Source: Octopus sinensis
Lineage: Eukaryota
Length of the DNA: 64,000 nucleotides
Direction of reading: 5' to 3'
Assembly (NCBI RefSeq): GCF_006345805.1
Contig: NC_042997.1
Coordinates: 57,536,001 to 57,600,000 of the forward strand
Below the pieces are notes generated by a model. That model was not told the DNA's origin. It did no database searches and saw nothing but the letters and a program-made list of their open reading frames with translations. Made by a program: the position numbers and the translations under genes. Within the stretch, counting starts at the first letter, position 1, and each line of letters begins with the position of its first letter. Positions 12,812 through 26,700 of the stretch are shown one piece after another.

Positions 12812-14222
12812 GTAAGAATAGTTTCTTGTTTTTGAAATCCATTTGAAAAGGACATATTTGCCTTACATGATATTTGAAAATAACTTCACAGATTTTTTTC
12901 TTTTCTTGTTTGAAGAATCATAAAAGCTATGAAGTGATAAAAGGTCTTTTAAACTACAAGTTATATAAAAAAATTTAAAGCTAATAGTTACTTGATCTAC
13001 ATGTTTGTTTTTGGAAATTTGGTTGCTGGTAAAATATGTTGAGTTGCATGTTGGATTGTTTACAATCTGATGCATAAAAAAAAGCTGTAAGCTACAATTT
13101 GGTGTTGCTTAAATCCAATTATTGACAAAAACCAATTGCATAGCATGGTTGTTTGTTTTATTAAAATCACTGGCAAGGAAGGTGCACATGTCCTGCTTAA
13201 TTTTCAACTCATTATGTGGATAGTAAGTGATCCATTTGCTGCAGAATAAAGTTCTTTATACTTTCTAGGTTTACATTCTGTGTCAAGATCCTTGTTTAGT
13301 TAGAATCAATTTGTGCTTTTCACACTTCAAAGTGAAAGGTATAGAGAAAAAAAGATAGATAAAACAGACTCGCACTCTTGCATTATTATAAGAAAATTAT
13401 AAGAATCATATCCCAGAAATTAATTGGTTTGTATGAGTTTCTGGTGAGTGTCACAGCAGAGGGTAAAAACTAACTATTAAACCCAGCACATCATGATGAT
13501 ACACAGTGATATTGAAGAAATCAGAGAAAAAACTGTCACATGATCCCTTGACTTATTAGAAATAATAGCCAAATTTCCTTCAAATCACACCATATGACCT
13601 CAGAAAGGGAAGAACACACTGAATAATGTAGTCCTTGATACATTATATTTGAGAAAAGATGAGATCGTCATGGCTGGAACTCTGTTGGAGTGAAAATAAC
13701 TGAAATATATGAAAAGACTGAAAATATATATTTTATCTCTAAATAGAAATGTTAGTAAACTCAACACTGATCATAGTAGTTACCTTTGGAACCTGCAAAA
13801 AATTAAAAGTAAAATAATCCCTGATATGATTTAGATCCAAGACACTGATACTATAATCTAAATATTCTAAATTAGTCAATTTGGATGTCTAGTCTTCTCA
13901 CCTGTTCTGCTGTTCATAGCTGTTTAAATAATGTTGTATGACTTATTTAGCAATGGTAGGCTTGTTTACTTTACTATAAATGAGCATCATTTTTTCATGG
14001 ATCAAATCAATATATTATTTTCTTGTATGTATACATTTTCAGTCATACTTCTATGAGCTGATAGTTGCATTCCTTGAAATAATAGAAATTTGTTGTGTTG
14101 GAGGAAGTACTTTTAGATGTCTCTAGATTTCAAATATTATTATACAACTTGGACAGATTAATGATTTTTTTTTTATGAACTATGTCTTTTGCTAAATATA
14201 ATGTTTCTGCTTTTCCTTTTAG

Positions 14223-14261
14223 AATGTTGACCAGGAACTTGATGAATTTCAACAACATTGA
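14223..14261 (+). CDS. TMCO6: TMCO6-like terminal coding exon
   Basis: Strong pyrimidine tract ttttccttttag|AAT, phase 0. Encodes NVDQELDEFQQH* (acidic tail). ATTAAA at ~14518 and ~14566 downstream. Confidence 0.7.
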   Translation, partial: NVDQELDEFQQH

Positions 14262-14387
14262 TGTAGGATTTCTGAGAAGATATATCCAAAAGAATGTAGA
14301 CGCATAAAGTTTACATATCTGGACACATAACATGCACATACATGCGAAGCACTCAAACATAGCATATGCATATAATTTATAAACATC

Positions 14388-14425
14388 ACACACACACACA
14401 TACACACACATACATGTATGTATAA

Positions 14426-14483
<58 letters not shown>
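14388..14483. repeat. (CA)n/(TA)n microsatellite in the TMCO6-like 3' UTR region
   Basis: Visible directly. Confidence 0.95.
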
Positions 14484-14485
<2 letters not shown>

Positions 14486-15134
14486 CTTTATGTTTGTGTG
14501 TATAAATATAATTATATATTAAATGATATATATATTGTTTACGCCATAAGAATTAAGAGACATAAATTAAATAATTTTAACAAATCATTTTAATGTGGTT
14601 AGATAAAGCTATAAATAATAGCATGTGTATATTAAGTTAAAAAATCCCTTGGACTTTTTCCATCACAGGGTTTTTTTAACCCAATATTTACATGATATTA
14701 CTTAGCTTTGTCTATTTTGAGTTCCAGTGTTAAAATTTATATACACTTATATACCTACCCTTCATGTAATGGAAACAACCTCATACCCATTTGTCTTATA
14801 TTTCCAGCAAGTGCTCACTTGGTAACCAGGTACACACCTTTGGCTGGCACTCTGAGAGTCTCCTTAGTAGTGAAAATCACTGCTTTACATTATAGAGAGA
14901 TGTGTTTTTCCAGCTGTAGTGATGACAACCTATTTAGGGCAGCAAAAAAAAAAACAGGTACAGTGCAGTTGGGATACTTTACTCCTTGAAGACAACCTCT
15001 CTAGTGCCAGTGGGATGATAAATTGCACTCACTCCATTCTATGAAATGATAGGTGATAGGAAGGGTATCCAGGTGTAAAAAAAACTATGCCAAAACTCAT
15101 TTGCAGAATCACAGAATCCCATAGGCAAGTGTAC

Positions 15135-15200
15135 GTGTGTGTGTGCATGTACTGTATATGTGTCAATATCTGTGTGTATACATGTATGTGTATGTATGTA

Positions 15201-15268
<68 letters not shown>

Positions 15269-15327
15269 TATATAAATATATCTATGTTTGTGTATATGTG
15301 TGTCTATATATATCTACTATATATATG
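15135..15327. repeat. Compound (TG)n/(TA)n microsatellite
   Basis: Visible directly. Similar tracts at 16277-16497 and 16764-16812. Confidence 0.95.
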
Positions 15328-15339
15328 TAATTGGTAGAT

Positions 15340-16110
15340 CCAGAATTTTTGGCATTCCTGATATGTCTTCCATTCCTATCTGTCTTATATGGTATTTTTA
15401 AGCTCTTGTGTAGTGATTGGTGTAGTTTTTTGCTGGTCTATCCCTTCACCATTCATCATATGATATTTGCTGGATTTCTATTCTTTACTGTGAAAGAATG
15501 AAACCTAGGTGATATTTTGGGGGGGAGTCCAGTGTTTTCCTTAGTACATAATTAAGGCATATGATAAAAAGAGCTGGTGTGAGGGTATTGCCTTGTAGTA
15601 CTTTGGCAGTGATCTGAAAGAAGTCAGTGTCTCTGTCAGCAGAATGAACTTTAGCAACTGTGCTCTTATAGAGCATTGTTAAAGCATTCATAGTTTCTCC
15701 AAGAATACCATAAGCGAGCAGTATCTCTCATTTTTTTGCCTCCTATGGATCGAATCAAAGACCTTTGTGAAAGTTAAGAAATGTAGAGCTACTGATACAT
15801 CTTCACATCTTCAATGAATCACCTGATTGTTAGTATTTGTCCTATCATTGATCTATTTGGACAAATGTTATTGTGATTCTTGCAAAGAATTTTCTAAAGC
15901 TTGGGTCCGATTCTTTTTAGCTGCAATTGCAGTCAGTATAACGCCATCATAGTGCTTCATAAAACTTCACCCTCTTTTCATGGGTACTGGTATTATACAA
16001 ACCTCTCTCCAGCAATGTATTGCTTTCTAATAGTGTACTACACTGCAAGGTCCCAAGAGCACATTGTTGAATTCTCCCAGTTTCCAGACCTCTGCAGGGT
16101 TGCCATTCCT
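15340..16110 (-). mobile_element. Degenerate RTE-like LINE reverse transcriptase fragment
   Basis: MLYKSTVAKV...TDFFQITAKVLQGNTLTPALFIICLNYVLR resembles RT motif GVxQGDxLxPxLF. Frame disrupted. Boundaries approximate. Confidence 0.75.
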
Positions 16111-17666
16111 GACCACAATGTGTACGTGTATTTGTGTACATGTACATACAAAAAAAAAATAATCAAATACATGCAAGAAAATCAAATATTGGTAATCCAT
16201 TCCAGTGTGTTCTCTGTGTCAGTGTGACATGCATTTGTCTAAACCAGCTAGCAGGGAAAACTGGGTATGAAACAAATATATATATGCATGTGTGTGTATA
16301 GATGGTTTTATGTGTGTGTGTGTATTTATGCATGTATAGATGTGTTATATATATGTATACATGTATATGTATAGATGTGTGTGTGTGTATATATATATAT
16401 GTATGTATGTGTGTGTGTGCATGTATATGTATAGATGCTTGTGTGTGTGTGTCTGCATGTATATATATATATATATAAATGTGTTTATGTGTGTGTGCCT
16501 GCATGGAACATCGGCATTAAATGATGATGGTTTATCATATAGGATGTCTGAATATGTATATGTATATACAGGTATACCTGTGGGTAAGTGTGACTGATTA
16601 CAACTGAGTCATTAATGAAAGCTGTATTGAAGTCTATTGGATGGATTGTATCTACCTGTAATCACATGCTATCTAATATTCAGCCAGGACAGTTTGTCTA
16701 GCGTATAGAAGATTAGTTGTTGAAGTGAACAGAGATCAATTTACTTGATATAGAAAATATGATATGTGTGAGTGTGTATATATATATATATGTATGTATG
16801 TATGTATATATATTAAATCATAAACTATATAATCTGGTTATTATATACTAAGTATAAAGTGTTGACTTCATATATTGAAACATAATATTTTTTATTTAGG
16901 TATATAAAATACACCTAGTCTAAATATATAATGTTGTTATATAACATCATTATTTTATGTCCATTTTTCTATAGTAGCATGGTTCAGATGGGTTGTGTTG
17001 CTCCATTTTGTAGTTCCTTGACATTTATTTTGTGAGGTTCAGCCTTTCTTACAGGCTCCCATGTGTTCTTTCACAAGTTCCTTCCTGTTGGATTGCTTGG
17101 TACTTTTTTTTATCTAAATGCCACCTTCCAGATGCTTCATATGTTTGTACCTGGACAATCTTCTTTTGCACAAACATCTGATACCTCTTATACTCTGTTT
17201 TTCTCTCAGCTCATTTGTACTTCATTGTTCATGCACACTAACGTTTATATATCCAATAGTGCATGTGCTTTTTATTGTTTCCATCCTTTATACATCTTTA
17301 CATTTAATCCCCTTGTTTGTCTACCATGCAGTATTGCATCATACACTCAAAGAGAGAGCTTTTGATAGCTGTCTGCATTTTTCCATCATTTTTTTTTTTG
17401 CTCTGTCTTTTAGGAACACTTACTGCTACTGCTGATTAGTTAAACTAGCTATCAGAAACTGTTAACTACCTCTAGGGAGATTACCAGGTAATTAAAAGAA
17501 TTCATTTCATAGGCGTCCTTGTTGCTAAATACTCCTGGCTATGTATGAAATCCCTCTTTTCTACTTTTTGCTTAATGAGACCCCTGTCTTCTTTAGGTTT
17601 GGGAATAGGCATCTTGATATATGTTCTGATTGTATGTTTGGAACTTCACATGCATGTACATATAAG

Positions 17667-17988
<322 letters not shown>

Positions 17989-18348
17989 AGAAAAATTAAA
18001 GTAAAGGAAGTGAGATACAGATAATTATGGTGAAACGTATGCAGGAACTAATAATTTGTACTTGAATTTTTCTAAATTTTCCTTTACAGATGCTCTGTAC
18101 ATCATAACTAGTAACACTACTGAGTAGTGGTAGACTAACCAATGTAATGGAAGCTAACTGGGTAGTGATAGTTTACATGGAGCTCTAACTCTTACCATAG
18201 TAGTCATACAGCCAACTGTACCCACAAGATATATACAAACACAAACACAACCCATACCAGCATGGAAAACATGTTACATTATGATGATGATGATGATATA
18301 TATATATATATATATATGATATTATATGTGGCACTCTGTCACAACGAT

Positions 18349-18898
18349 GAGCTGCTTCATATTAATGAACAGGCACCATTTTTCGTCACCAGTAATGATT
18401 CGGTAAAGAAATCATTGCTTGTGCATGAGTTGAGCGGTGATGAGCAAGCAAACCAGTGGAGATTGTAGCGCAAGCATCTAGAACCCATGCTCTGTACTTC
18501 TGAACCTTTTCCATCGAGTGAAGATGCTTCTCTATAGCAGTGTGGGAGCATGCCATTTTCTTTGCCAGTTCCCTTGTTGTTTGACAAGAATTTTTGTGCA
18601 AAAGTTGGTTTAATCGCTCTTCATCGAACTCAACTGGATGGCCAGAACAAGGTGCATTTTTTAGGTCAAAATTTCCACTTTTGAACTTGGCATAGCAATC
18701 ATGAGCGGTTCTTTCAGCTATGGCACCCTTTCCATACACAGCACAAATGTTGTGAGCAGCTTTTCCGGCCTTAAAGCCTTGATTAAAAGCAAAAAGGTAG
18801 AAGTGTCAAAAATGCTCGTTTTTCTTAACATGAAATTCACTGATACATCAAGCTCTTCCTTAAAAATAAAATTATCAAATTTAGCCCAAACACCTAGT
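18349..18898 (-). mobile_element. Mariner transposase N-terminal remnant
   Basis: ICAVYGKGAIAERTAHDCYAKFKSGNFDLKNAPCSGHP (HTH/GRP region), a degenerate WV motif, and RIITGDEKW (first catalytic D) after a frameshift. Confidence 0.88.
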
Positions 18899-18903
18899 AT
18901 ATA

Positions 18904-19789
18904 TATTGGGTCATCCCATAAATAATGTGGTTTTTCAAATGCATGAACTATAAGCTGCATCAACTTGCTATAAAAGCTGGTAGTAATTTTACCCTGTACT
19001 TAATCATAGTGCAAATTTTGAAGAGTGCAATTCAATTTTAACAGTTATTTTGTCAAAGCTATAATGGAAGTGCTTTATGAGTTCAATAAAGGCAGCAACA
19101 CAAGAGTTGTGAGGAATATTAATGCAGCTATATGGGGATCGGACAATAAGCGTAAGCTAGTGTCAACGGTGGTTCCAGAAATTCCGAGCTGGAAACTACA
19201 GCCTGCAAGATAAGCCTTGTCCTGGAAGATCTGTAGCGTTTAATAAGGACATCCTGCAAACCCTGGTGGAACAAAATCCCATCATAACTGTTGAGGAACA
19301 AGCAAAGATGCTTGGATTTGGTCATTCAACCATTCATTGACACCTGTGTGTCATTGGAAAATGACTATCCTTAGTTTCAAGACAGAAGGTATTCTTCCAT
19401 TAGGATTGGCAAAATACAGTGAGGATGACATTCCAAAGGTTGGAGCAGTTTGGGAAACAATGCCCCCACCACCACCACCACCATATTAGCTGGACATTGC
19501 CCCATCTGATTATCATTTATTCTGCAGTCTTCAAAATCATTTGGACAGAAAAAGTATGAATTCTGTAGTTGAGGTCAGAACAGTACTAGAGGAGTATTTT
19601 TCTTCATGGATAAGTGAATTTTGGAAGATGGGCCTAAGCCTAACCCTTGCAAGTCTACCAGAAGCTGGAAGAGCATTGTAGAAAATGAAGGAGAGTATAT
19701 TTTAGATTAAAAAAGAACCTTGTTTATCTTAATTTCGAAAAATAAAAGAAGTATAAAAATAACTGCATTATTTATGGGATGACCCAATA
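18904..19789 (+). mobile_element. Internally deleted mariner element with intact TIRs
   Basis: Perfect 24-bp TIR TATTGGGTCATCCCATAAATAATG at both ends, in TA context. Transposase pieces RWFQKFRAGNYSLQDKPCPGR and DIAPSDYHLFCSLQNHL...ENEGEYILD*. Confidence 0.92.
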
Positions 19790-20149
19790 TATATACACAA
19801 ACACACACACATACACAGAAATACTTTGATTTAGTGATTATATTGGTCTAAATTTGAAATCGTTGAGTGAAATGCTAATTAAGAAATAATTTTATATTGA
19901 TACTGATGAGGTTTCACATGAGTTATGTTTAAAAATATTAAATGAGGAGCATTTAATAAATAATATGAAATCAATCATTTACCCATAAAAAGAAAAGAAC
20001 ATAGTTCTATTTTTTATATTCATGATTCAGTGTCTGTTGACATTCGTTTTCAGTTTGTGATCTGATGTTGCTTTGCTGCTAGTATTTAATTATTTGTTGA
20101 ATTTTTTGTCTCTTTCTCTGTCTTGCTCTCATTTTTCCTCTTATAGCTT

Positions 20150-21480
20150 CAAGAATTTTATGTTCTTTCTTTACTTCATAAATTTCTTGATAGCAGGTAT
20201 GTAATTTAGTTAGATCTGCTGTAATTTTTGTACTTGAAATTTGGATCTTGTGATTTGAAAATATCAGTCCCTTTTCAAATGTGAAAATGTTTTGTTGAAC
20301 TCTTTAAGAGTGAAAGAATAAACAGGAGTTTCCATTGTTAGATCTTTTTCGGCTGTTTCATGATGGTCTTCCATTTGATTTAAGTTTTTGTGAGTACTTG
20401 TTTGTGTAACTGAAATAAATCATGTCATTCCAAGAAACATCAATGTGTATTTGATTAGAATTGTCAAAGATTACTTCTATTTAATTTTGAACCATCCTTA
20501 CTGCATTTACACTTGAATTTGTTTGAGAATCCTTTTAGTTTTACTTGACCTAGAATGTTGGATGATTCTCAAAATAATTTTATTTGTGGGTCTCTTCCCT
20601 TATCAATTAGCTGATCAAAAAATGTGTGCCGAAAATAATATGTTTTAAGCATTTCAATAATACCTTAGCTCATTGTTTGCAAAAGTGATGTATTTAGCAG
20701 CATAAATATTAATCTAATATTTAAAGACTGATGTTGTAGAAATTGTGTGTAATAGGATGTATTATGTACAGCTATAAGTACATGAAATGGATTCTTTTTG
20801 TTTTCACGATATTTTTTTCCTTCAGGCACAAAGTCATGAAAAAACAATCTTCATACTGTGTAGCAGTAATAAGCATTGTTTAAATCTTTCTATATAGCTA
20901 AGTGTAGTTTTTCTATGAAACCTCTTAAACACTTTAGCATTTTTAGTGTGCTGCACATGCATGAGTCTTAAAACTTTGTCTCTAGTCACATGAACTCCAA
21001 ACAATAATGTTAATTGATCTTTAGATACTTTCAAAATCAGGCATAATTGATGTTCCTTTTGTAATGTGGCTTCTTGCTAATATACTCTTCCAAAATATGT
21101 GCTTTTTGTCGATATAAACAATTTGTGAAAATGTGTAATAATTGTTTCGGGAAGAAATTTACTGCATGAAGACTGGCACTTGCAGCTTCTCTTTGCACTT
21201 TTCATTGTGCCAACCAGCTCGCATATTTCATATCTACTAAATAAAATGTTGCTTGGACTAGATGTTTTTCGTGGCCATGGTCTTCGTATATTTAAGTATC
21301 TTAAGAATAGACGAAGCTTTGCACAAGGAAGAGTGTGTAATAAGCCTGTTGTTTAAACATTGTGTTTAGTTATTCATGTCAATAAGTAAGAAAGGCTGGC
21401 CTATATTAATGTATTCATGGACATTTCAAAGACTGCAAAATTTTTTTGCATTCATGAACATTCTAGATAAGTCTTGTATG
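20150..21480 (-). mobile_element. Old Tigger/pogo DDE transposase remnant
   Basis: KVSKDQLTLLFG (cf. KASKDRLTLLLG), FVPEGKKY and NIRLIFMLLNTSLLQTM (cf. VVFLPPNTTSLLQPMD). Many disablements. Boundaries approximate. Confidence 0.75.
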
Positions 21481-21793
21481 GTGTCAAATTTAATCTCACT
21501 GTGTGGCAACTCAGGCAAGTGTCTTCTGGAGGAAAACTAAAAGATCATTGTGTGTGTATGTGCATCTGTCTGTGTTACTCTAGATAATCGTTCAGCTATG
21601 GGTGGGGATGTTGCAAGCATTTCCCCTGTCAATGGTTCATCTGCTGGCTTTGTGCCTTTTGAAGACTTGTGGGATAAAATATCCCTTGCATGAAAATTGG
21701 GTAAGGGTTAGTAACAGGAAAGACATCAAGTTGTAAATGTCTTGATAATATATTCATTCAATCCATGCAAAAGTAGAAAAATGGACAAAAAAA

Positions 21794-22190
21794 CATATAT
21801 ATGTATGTATGAATATATATATATGAATGTATGTATGTATGAATATATGCATATATGTATGTATGCATATATGTATGTATATTTGTATGTATGTATGAAT
21901 GTATGTGTACATGTATGAATGTATGTGTACATGTATGTGTACATATATGAATGTATGTGTATGTATGTATGTATATATATGTATGTGTGTATGTATATGT
22001 GTATGTGTATTAATATCTGTATGAATATATGTATGTATATACATATATATGCATGTATATGTGTTTTTATATAATGTATATGCTTACCAATGTCTATGAT
22101 ATAATGTATATGTATGATATACATGCATACATTTATATATACACATAAATGTGCACATGTGTGCATGTATGGATATACATATATTTATAT
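21794..22190. repeat. Degenerate (TATG)n/(TG)n microsatellite
   Basis: Visible directly. Confidence 0.95.
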
Positions 22191-23464
22191 AAAATCATAA
22201 GTGTATTTTATGCAATATATTTAAATACATTTTGTGAGTGGTGAAACCATGAACATACAGATTGGTTTAGTTATGATGTAATTTATCATATGATAAACTC
22301 AACACATTTTGCCCTGTATGTGTGTATGCATGATTATAGAGGTGTTATGGTATCTGTAATATTATATCTAATGCATACAGTGTGTATAAAAACATGTGCA
22401 TATATGTGTTTAGTGCATACATGCATAGCATCCATATATTGACATACATATATTCAAATCGACATATATATATCAATTTCATGATCACTGCTCAGCAATC
22501 AGTATGGTGCTCTATATTATTTTTGTATTTCTCCCCACTCTACCATCGTTTTTCTTACACTCCAGTTCTCCATGAGTTATCTTCTCTTTATTGCCCTGCT
22601 GTAACTGTAATCTATATTTTTTTTCTGTTATATCATGGACAACACAATTAAGTATTCTCTGTAAGTGGTCCAGTTTTTATTGTAATTGTTTCCTTTTCAA
22701 TATTTTTTTTTATATGTCCACAAAATACATAAAGCTAATGTTTTTGCTTATGTTGATTAATGTTTCCCTGAAATTTCCCATTTTGGTTCAATGCTTAGTT
22801 CTGGTCAAATGTAAAACCTAGTTATTTATAAAACCTTATTGCTATCAACCAATCTGCTCGCCGTCCATTACTTTCCCCTCCTTGTCATCTCCTGTTAGGT
22901 GTGCCAAAACTTGTCATTTTTTTTTTTCTTTTCTTCCCCTCTACCTCCAAATTTATAGCATGTCATGTCATACTCATTAAAATATATTTATGTAATGTAA
23001 TTTCTTAGATTGCTTCCCTTCTTTGTTTTCTTGTGCAATAATTCTCCTTTATTCTCAAAACTTAGGTTAAAAATACATTTTGTTCGCCTCTAATGTTTTC
23101 AAACTTTTTCCAGTGAGCTTAATTCTAAATATTCATATTTGAAATAGATCAGCTTTCTTTTTCTTTTTTTTTTTTTTAAACAGTAAATTAAAACTTTGTT
23201 CTGACTCTTTTTACCAAATGTAGCTAATTCTACTGTTCCTGAAGTTTTCTAATTTTTGATTTCTAACTTTGTTATAAAATTAGGTAAACAACTTGACAAA
23301 ATGAACACTTGTATCATTCATTAGTATGAGAGGTTTATTTTACCTATCAGTATGTTTTTGATATTGAATAGTTTAGATCTAATTTCTCGATGGAGCAAGA
23401 ATCCTCAGTCAATGTAGAATTGCTGAGAATAGATATTTTGAAGACCTAAGATATGGGTAAAAAT

Positions 23465-23730
23465 GTGTGGCCTAGTCGTTAAGATGTTGCACTCATGATA
23501 ATAAGATTGTGGTTTTGATTCACAGGCTGGTGGTGCATTGTCTTAACTTCATGTTGCTTTAATCCACTTAGCTGTAAATGGGTAACACTGCAATGGACTG
23601 CTGTTCTCTTCATGGGGAATGCTGGCCTGCTTACCTAGCCAGCAGGCTGGCATCATTCAAAAGTTGCAATAATGCAAGGAAGTGCATTTTGACCAGCAGT
23701 GTATAACAACACCTGCTTGATGCAGTGACA
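23465..23730 (+). mobile_element. tRNA-derived SINE
   Basis: tggcctagtcgttaag...ggttttgattc head and ccacttagctgtaaatgggtaac core. Sister copy at 53530-53810 and related head at 43990. Confidence 0.75.
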
Positions 23731-26700
23731 GTACTGGACTTCACCATTTTGGACTATTTTAACATGTTTCTGTTAATAGTATGAATATATTCAAATATAA
23801 AATAACCATTAAGCAATTTCATTGGGAATTGTTACGGTTTTACGATAGACTATACCAAAAGCATCAATTATAGTTATACCCTTGAGTCATGGTTTTGTAT
23901 GACAGATGCACAAATCTAAGCAACTTGTAAATTTTCTTTAATTTTATAGAGTATTTCAGATAGGTTGGTAATGAAAGGATTAACTGCTCCTTCAACACTG
24001 TTATTTGGATGATGTCTAAAATTCCTTCCATCCAATGACACACACTTTTGGATAAGTTTTACTTTCAAACTCAGTTTTGCTTATTCTTTGTGGTCTTTTA
24101 TTTATGAAGTTGATTTCACAAACATATGGGTTAATATTCTACTTAGGTTGGAAACATTCCCATAGAGATGCATATTGTTTTAAAATGCTTTCTTTTAGTA
24201 ATTTCATCTTTGTAAACATCAGCACTTTAGTTCAAGTCTCTTTTGAGTCTAACCTTACTGTCACTCAAGCACATTTATAATTAGCTATGATTTATGTTCG
24301 ATTTATTGATATATAATAAAAAGAAATTACTTTTCCACATATAAGGTTACAATCTATTTGGGATAAAAAAGGAGTCAGAATTTTTTTTTTTTTTGTTAAA
24401 CAAACTACTTTTACATCTTCTAATTTATCACTCACATTTTTTATAATCTCTGTATTTATCTACCCTACCCACCCCACCCCTTTTTTGTTCACACCAAATC
24501 TTCCCATGTTACTTGAACCCGCTTCTTTTGAACATTCATGAAAAACCAATACATAAGAGCACAATTGATTTGATACATGTCAGCTACAATTTTGGTACAC
24601 ATCCTTTATGATTGTATATAATGAATCATAATATGGTGTTGAATTATATTAATGCTGTGACATGTCATTTTTTAAAACCTGGATTACACAATTTATTCCA
24701 ACTTTTGGTAGAGTTGGTAAAATGAAGTCAAGTTTTTTTTTAATTTTTATTTTAACATCCTATCCTTCATGTCTGGTTTTGAGAACATAACCTCTTAATT
24801 ACATTTCTGTTTCTCAATTAATTAATGAGTGGTAAAGGTTGAAACTAATCTTTTGGGTTATTATTTATATTCTTTGGTCAATATATTCTCTGCAAGTCTT
24901 CAGGTGCGATATTCTATGTAAATATTTCTTTTGGATAGGACTAAACACCTAAACTTATATCACAACTTACAGAGTTCAACATTGGGAAGAGATGAGACTA
25001 TAATGATTAAAATACGGTGGTGGGATCATTAAAACCCACAAAAAATGAAGTAAATATTCTGTGCAGTCTAAAAACTACTTGGAGATCTCTCTTTATCCCT
25101 ATCATAATGAAATGATAAACCAAAGGTGAGCAAAAGTAATTGCATGCATGTGTGTATGTATGTGTGTGTGTGTATATGTGTTCACAATCTAACCTACTAA
25201 CTGGCAAATATGAGGTCAGATGACCAACTTAGCTTCCACACAATCTATTCTTGTGGTTGAATATCAAGTTTTTGGGGAGCAGATAATTTCTGCCATTGAA
25301 ATTTTCCTAAGAGCAGCAGGTATCTGTCATGTGCTGCATACCTTTCTGAGACTATTCAATAATTACTTGACATTCAAACCGATTCAGTCCACTGGCAACT
25401 CTGTGAAAGTTGCAGATACAGCAGCACACTTTTTCTTTTTTTTAATCTTTCCATCAACTTTTGCTTCTCTGGCTTTTGGTGGAAAACGATTTTTTCTTAA
25501 TTTTTGCATTATTATCGTAGTGTCAATAATGATATTTCATTATTTTATCAAATGTATAAATGTAAGATATACTATTTAATTGTAGATTTTCTTAGTTCTT
25601 TGTCGATGTCTACAGTATGAGTTTCTGGTATTTTTCTATGCTTCAGTCATTTTTGGAGCATGGTTTGATTGTAAATATTGAAAGAAAAAACAAACAATTT
25701 GTTTGGTATTTAGAAACACTTGAGAATAGAATTTGGTATTTTCTATTCAATCACCAAATAATTTTGTGGAGCAATCAATTACTTTAAGAATTGTATCAGT
25801 ATTGAAATAGGTGGTGGTTGCAAATTTCCACAGAATTGTTAGATAACAGGAGTTTTATTTAGTGCTGTCTGGTATGTATATATATATTTTATATATGTCA
25901 TGATGCAAGTTATTTTGGTCTGTGCTGTCAGAAACTAATTCAAACAGTTTTGAATAGTCTTGAATAGCTAGACATTTTCTGCTGTATATTGCTTTTAAGT
26001 ACATGGAGTTGGTATTTGAGAGTTGCTGCATAAGAGCGATGCTTCAAATATTGTGGACACTTTTTGAAGACTGTTATATCAGTCTTTTTTTTCTCTCTCT
26101 TGCATGTCTTGTATATATTAGTTGTGTGGACTTTTCAAGTTGGTTGCTGTGTTATATACACATTCTATTCCAATTGTCTCTTTAATCAGGTTATTATATC
26201 ATCTTTTTTCTGTCTACATTATTATTGTGTTGGGAACTTGATTTCATTTCTATCCTATTTTGGATCTCTTGTCTTATATTCCACTAGTATATCTGCTCTA
26301 AAGTAACCAGACGGTTACACTGCTCTGTCAATTTAATTAATATTTTTTAATCCATCTCTACTTCATAAAAGACAATGAAATTATTGTATGTCTGACACCC
26401 CACAACAAACTCTCAGGTTTGCTACATACATATATCAATACACTAACATTCATATGCACACACAACACACAAACATATATAACATAGTATTTCCCTGATT
26501 TTTACATCTTATACTTTTCAAGGGGATATGTGATCTTGGTTGATCTACATCAAACCAATGTTTTGTTCTTTTATTTTTTAAAGATTTTATGAATGGATGA
26601 CATATTTTTTCTGAATTTTTGAAGTCTTAACAGCATACCTGTATAAAAGGGTGTTGGGTGAATTTCTTTCAGATTTATTTTTCAGGCTTTTTAACATGGT

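Noticed and set aside
20147-20195. Apparent + strand mini-exon (ttatag|...cag|gtatgt)
   Set aside because: It lies downstream of the TMCO6-like stop at the edge of a Tigger remnant, has no coding similarity, and such matches are frequent in AT-rich DNA.
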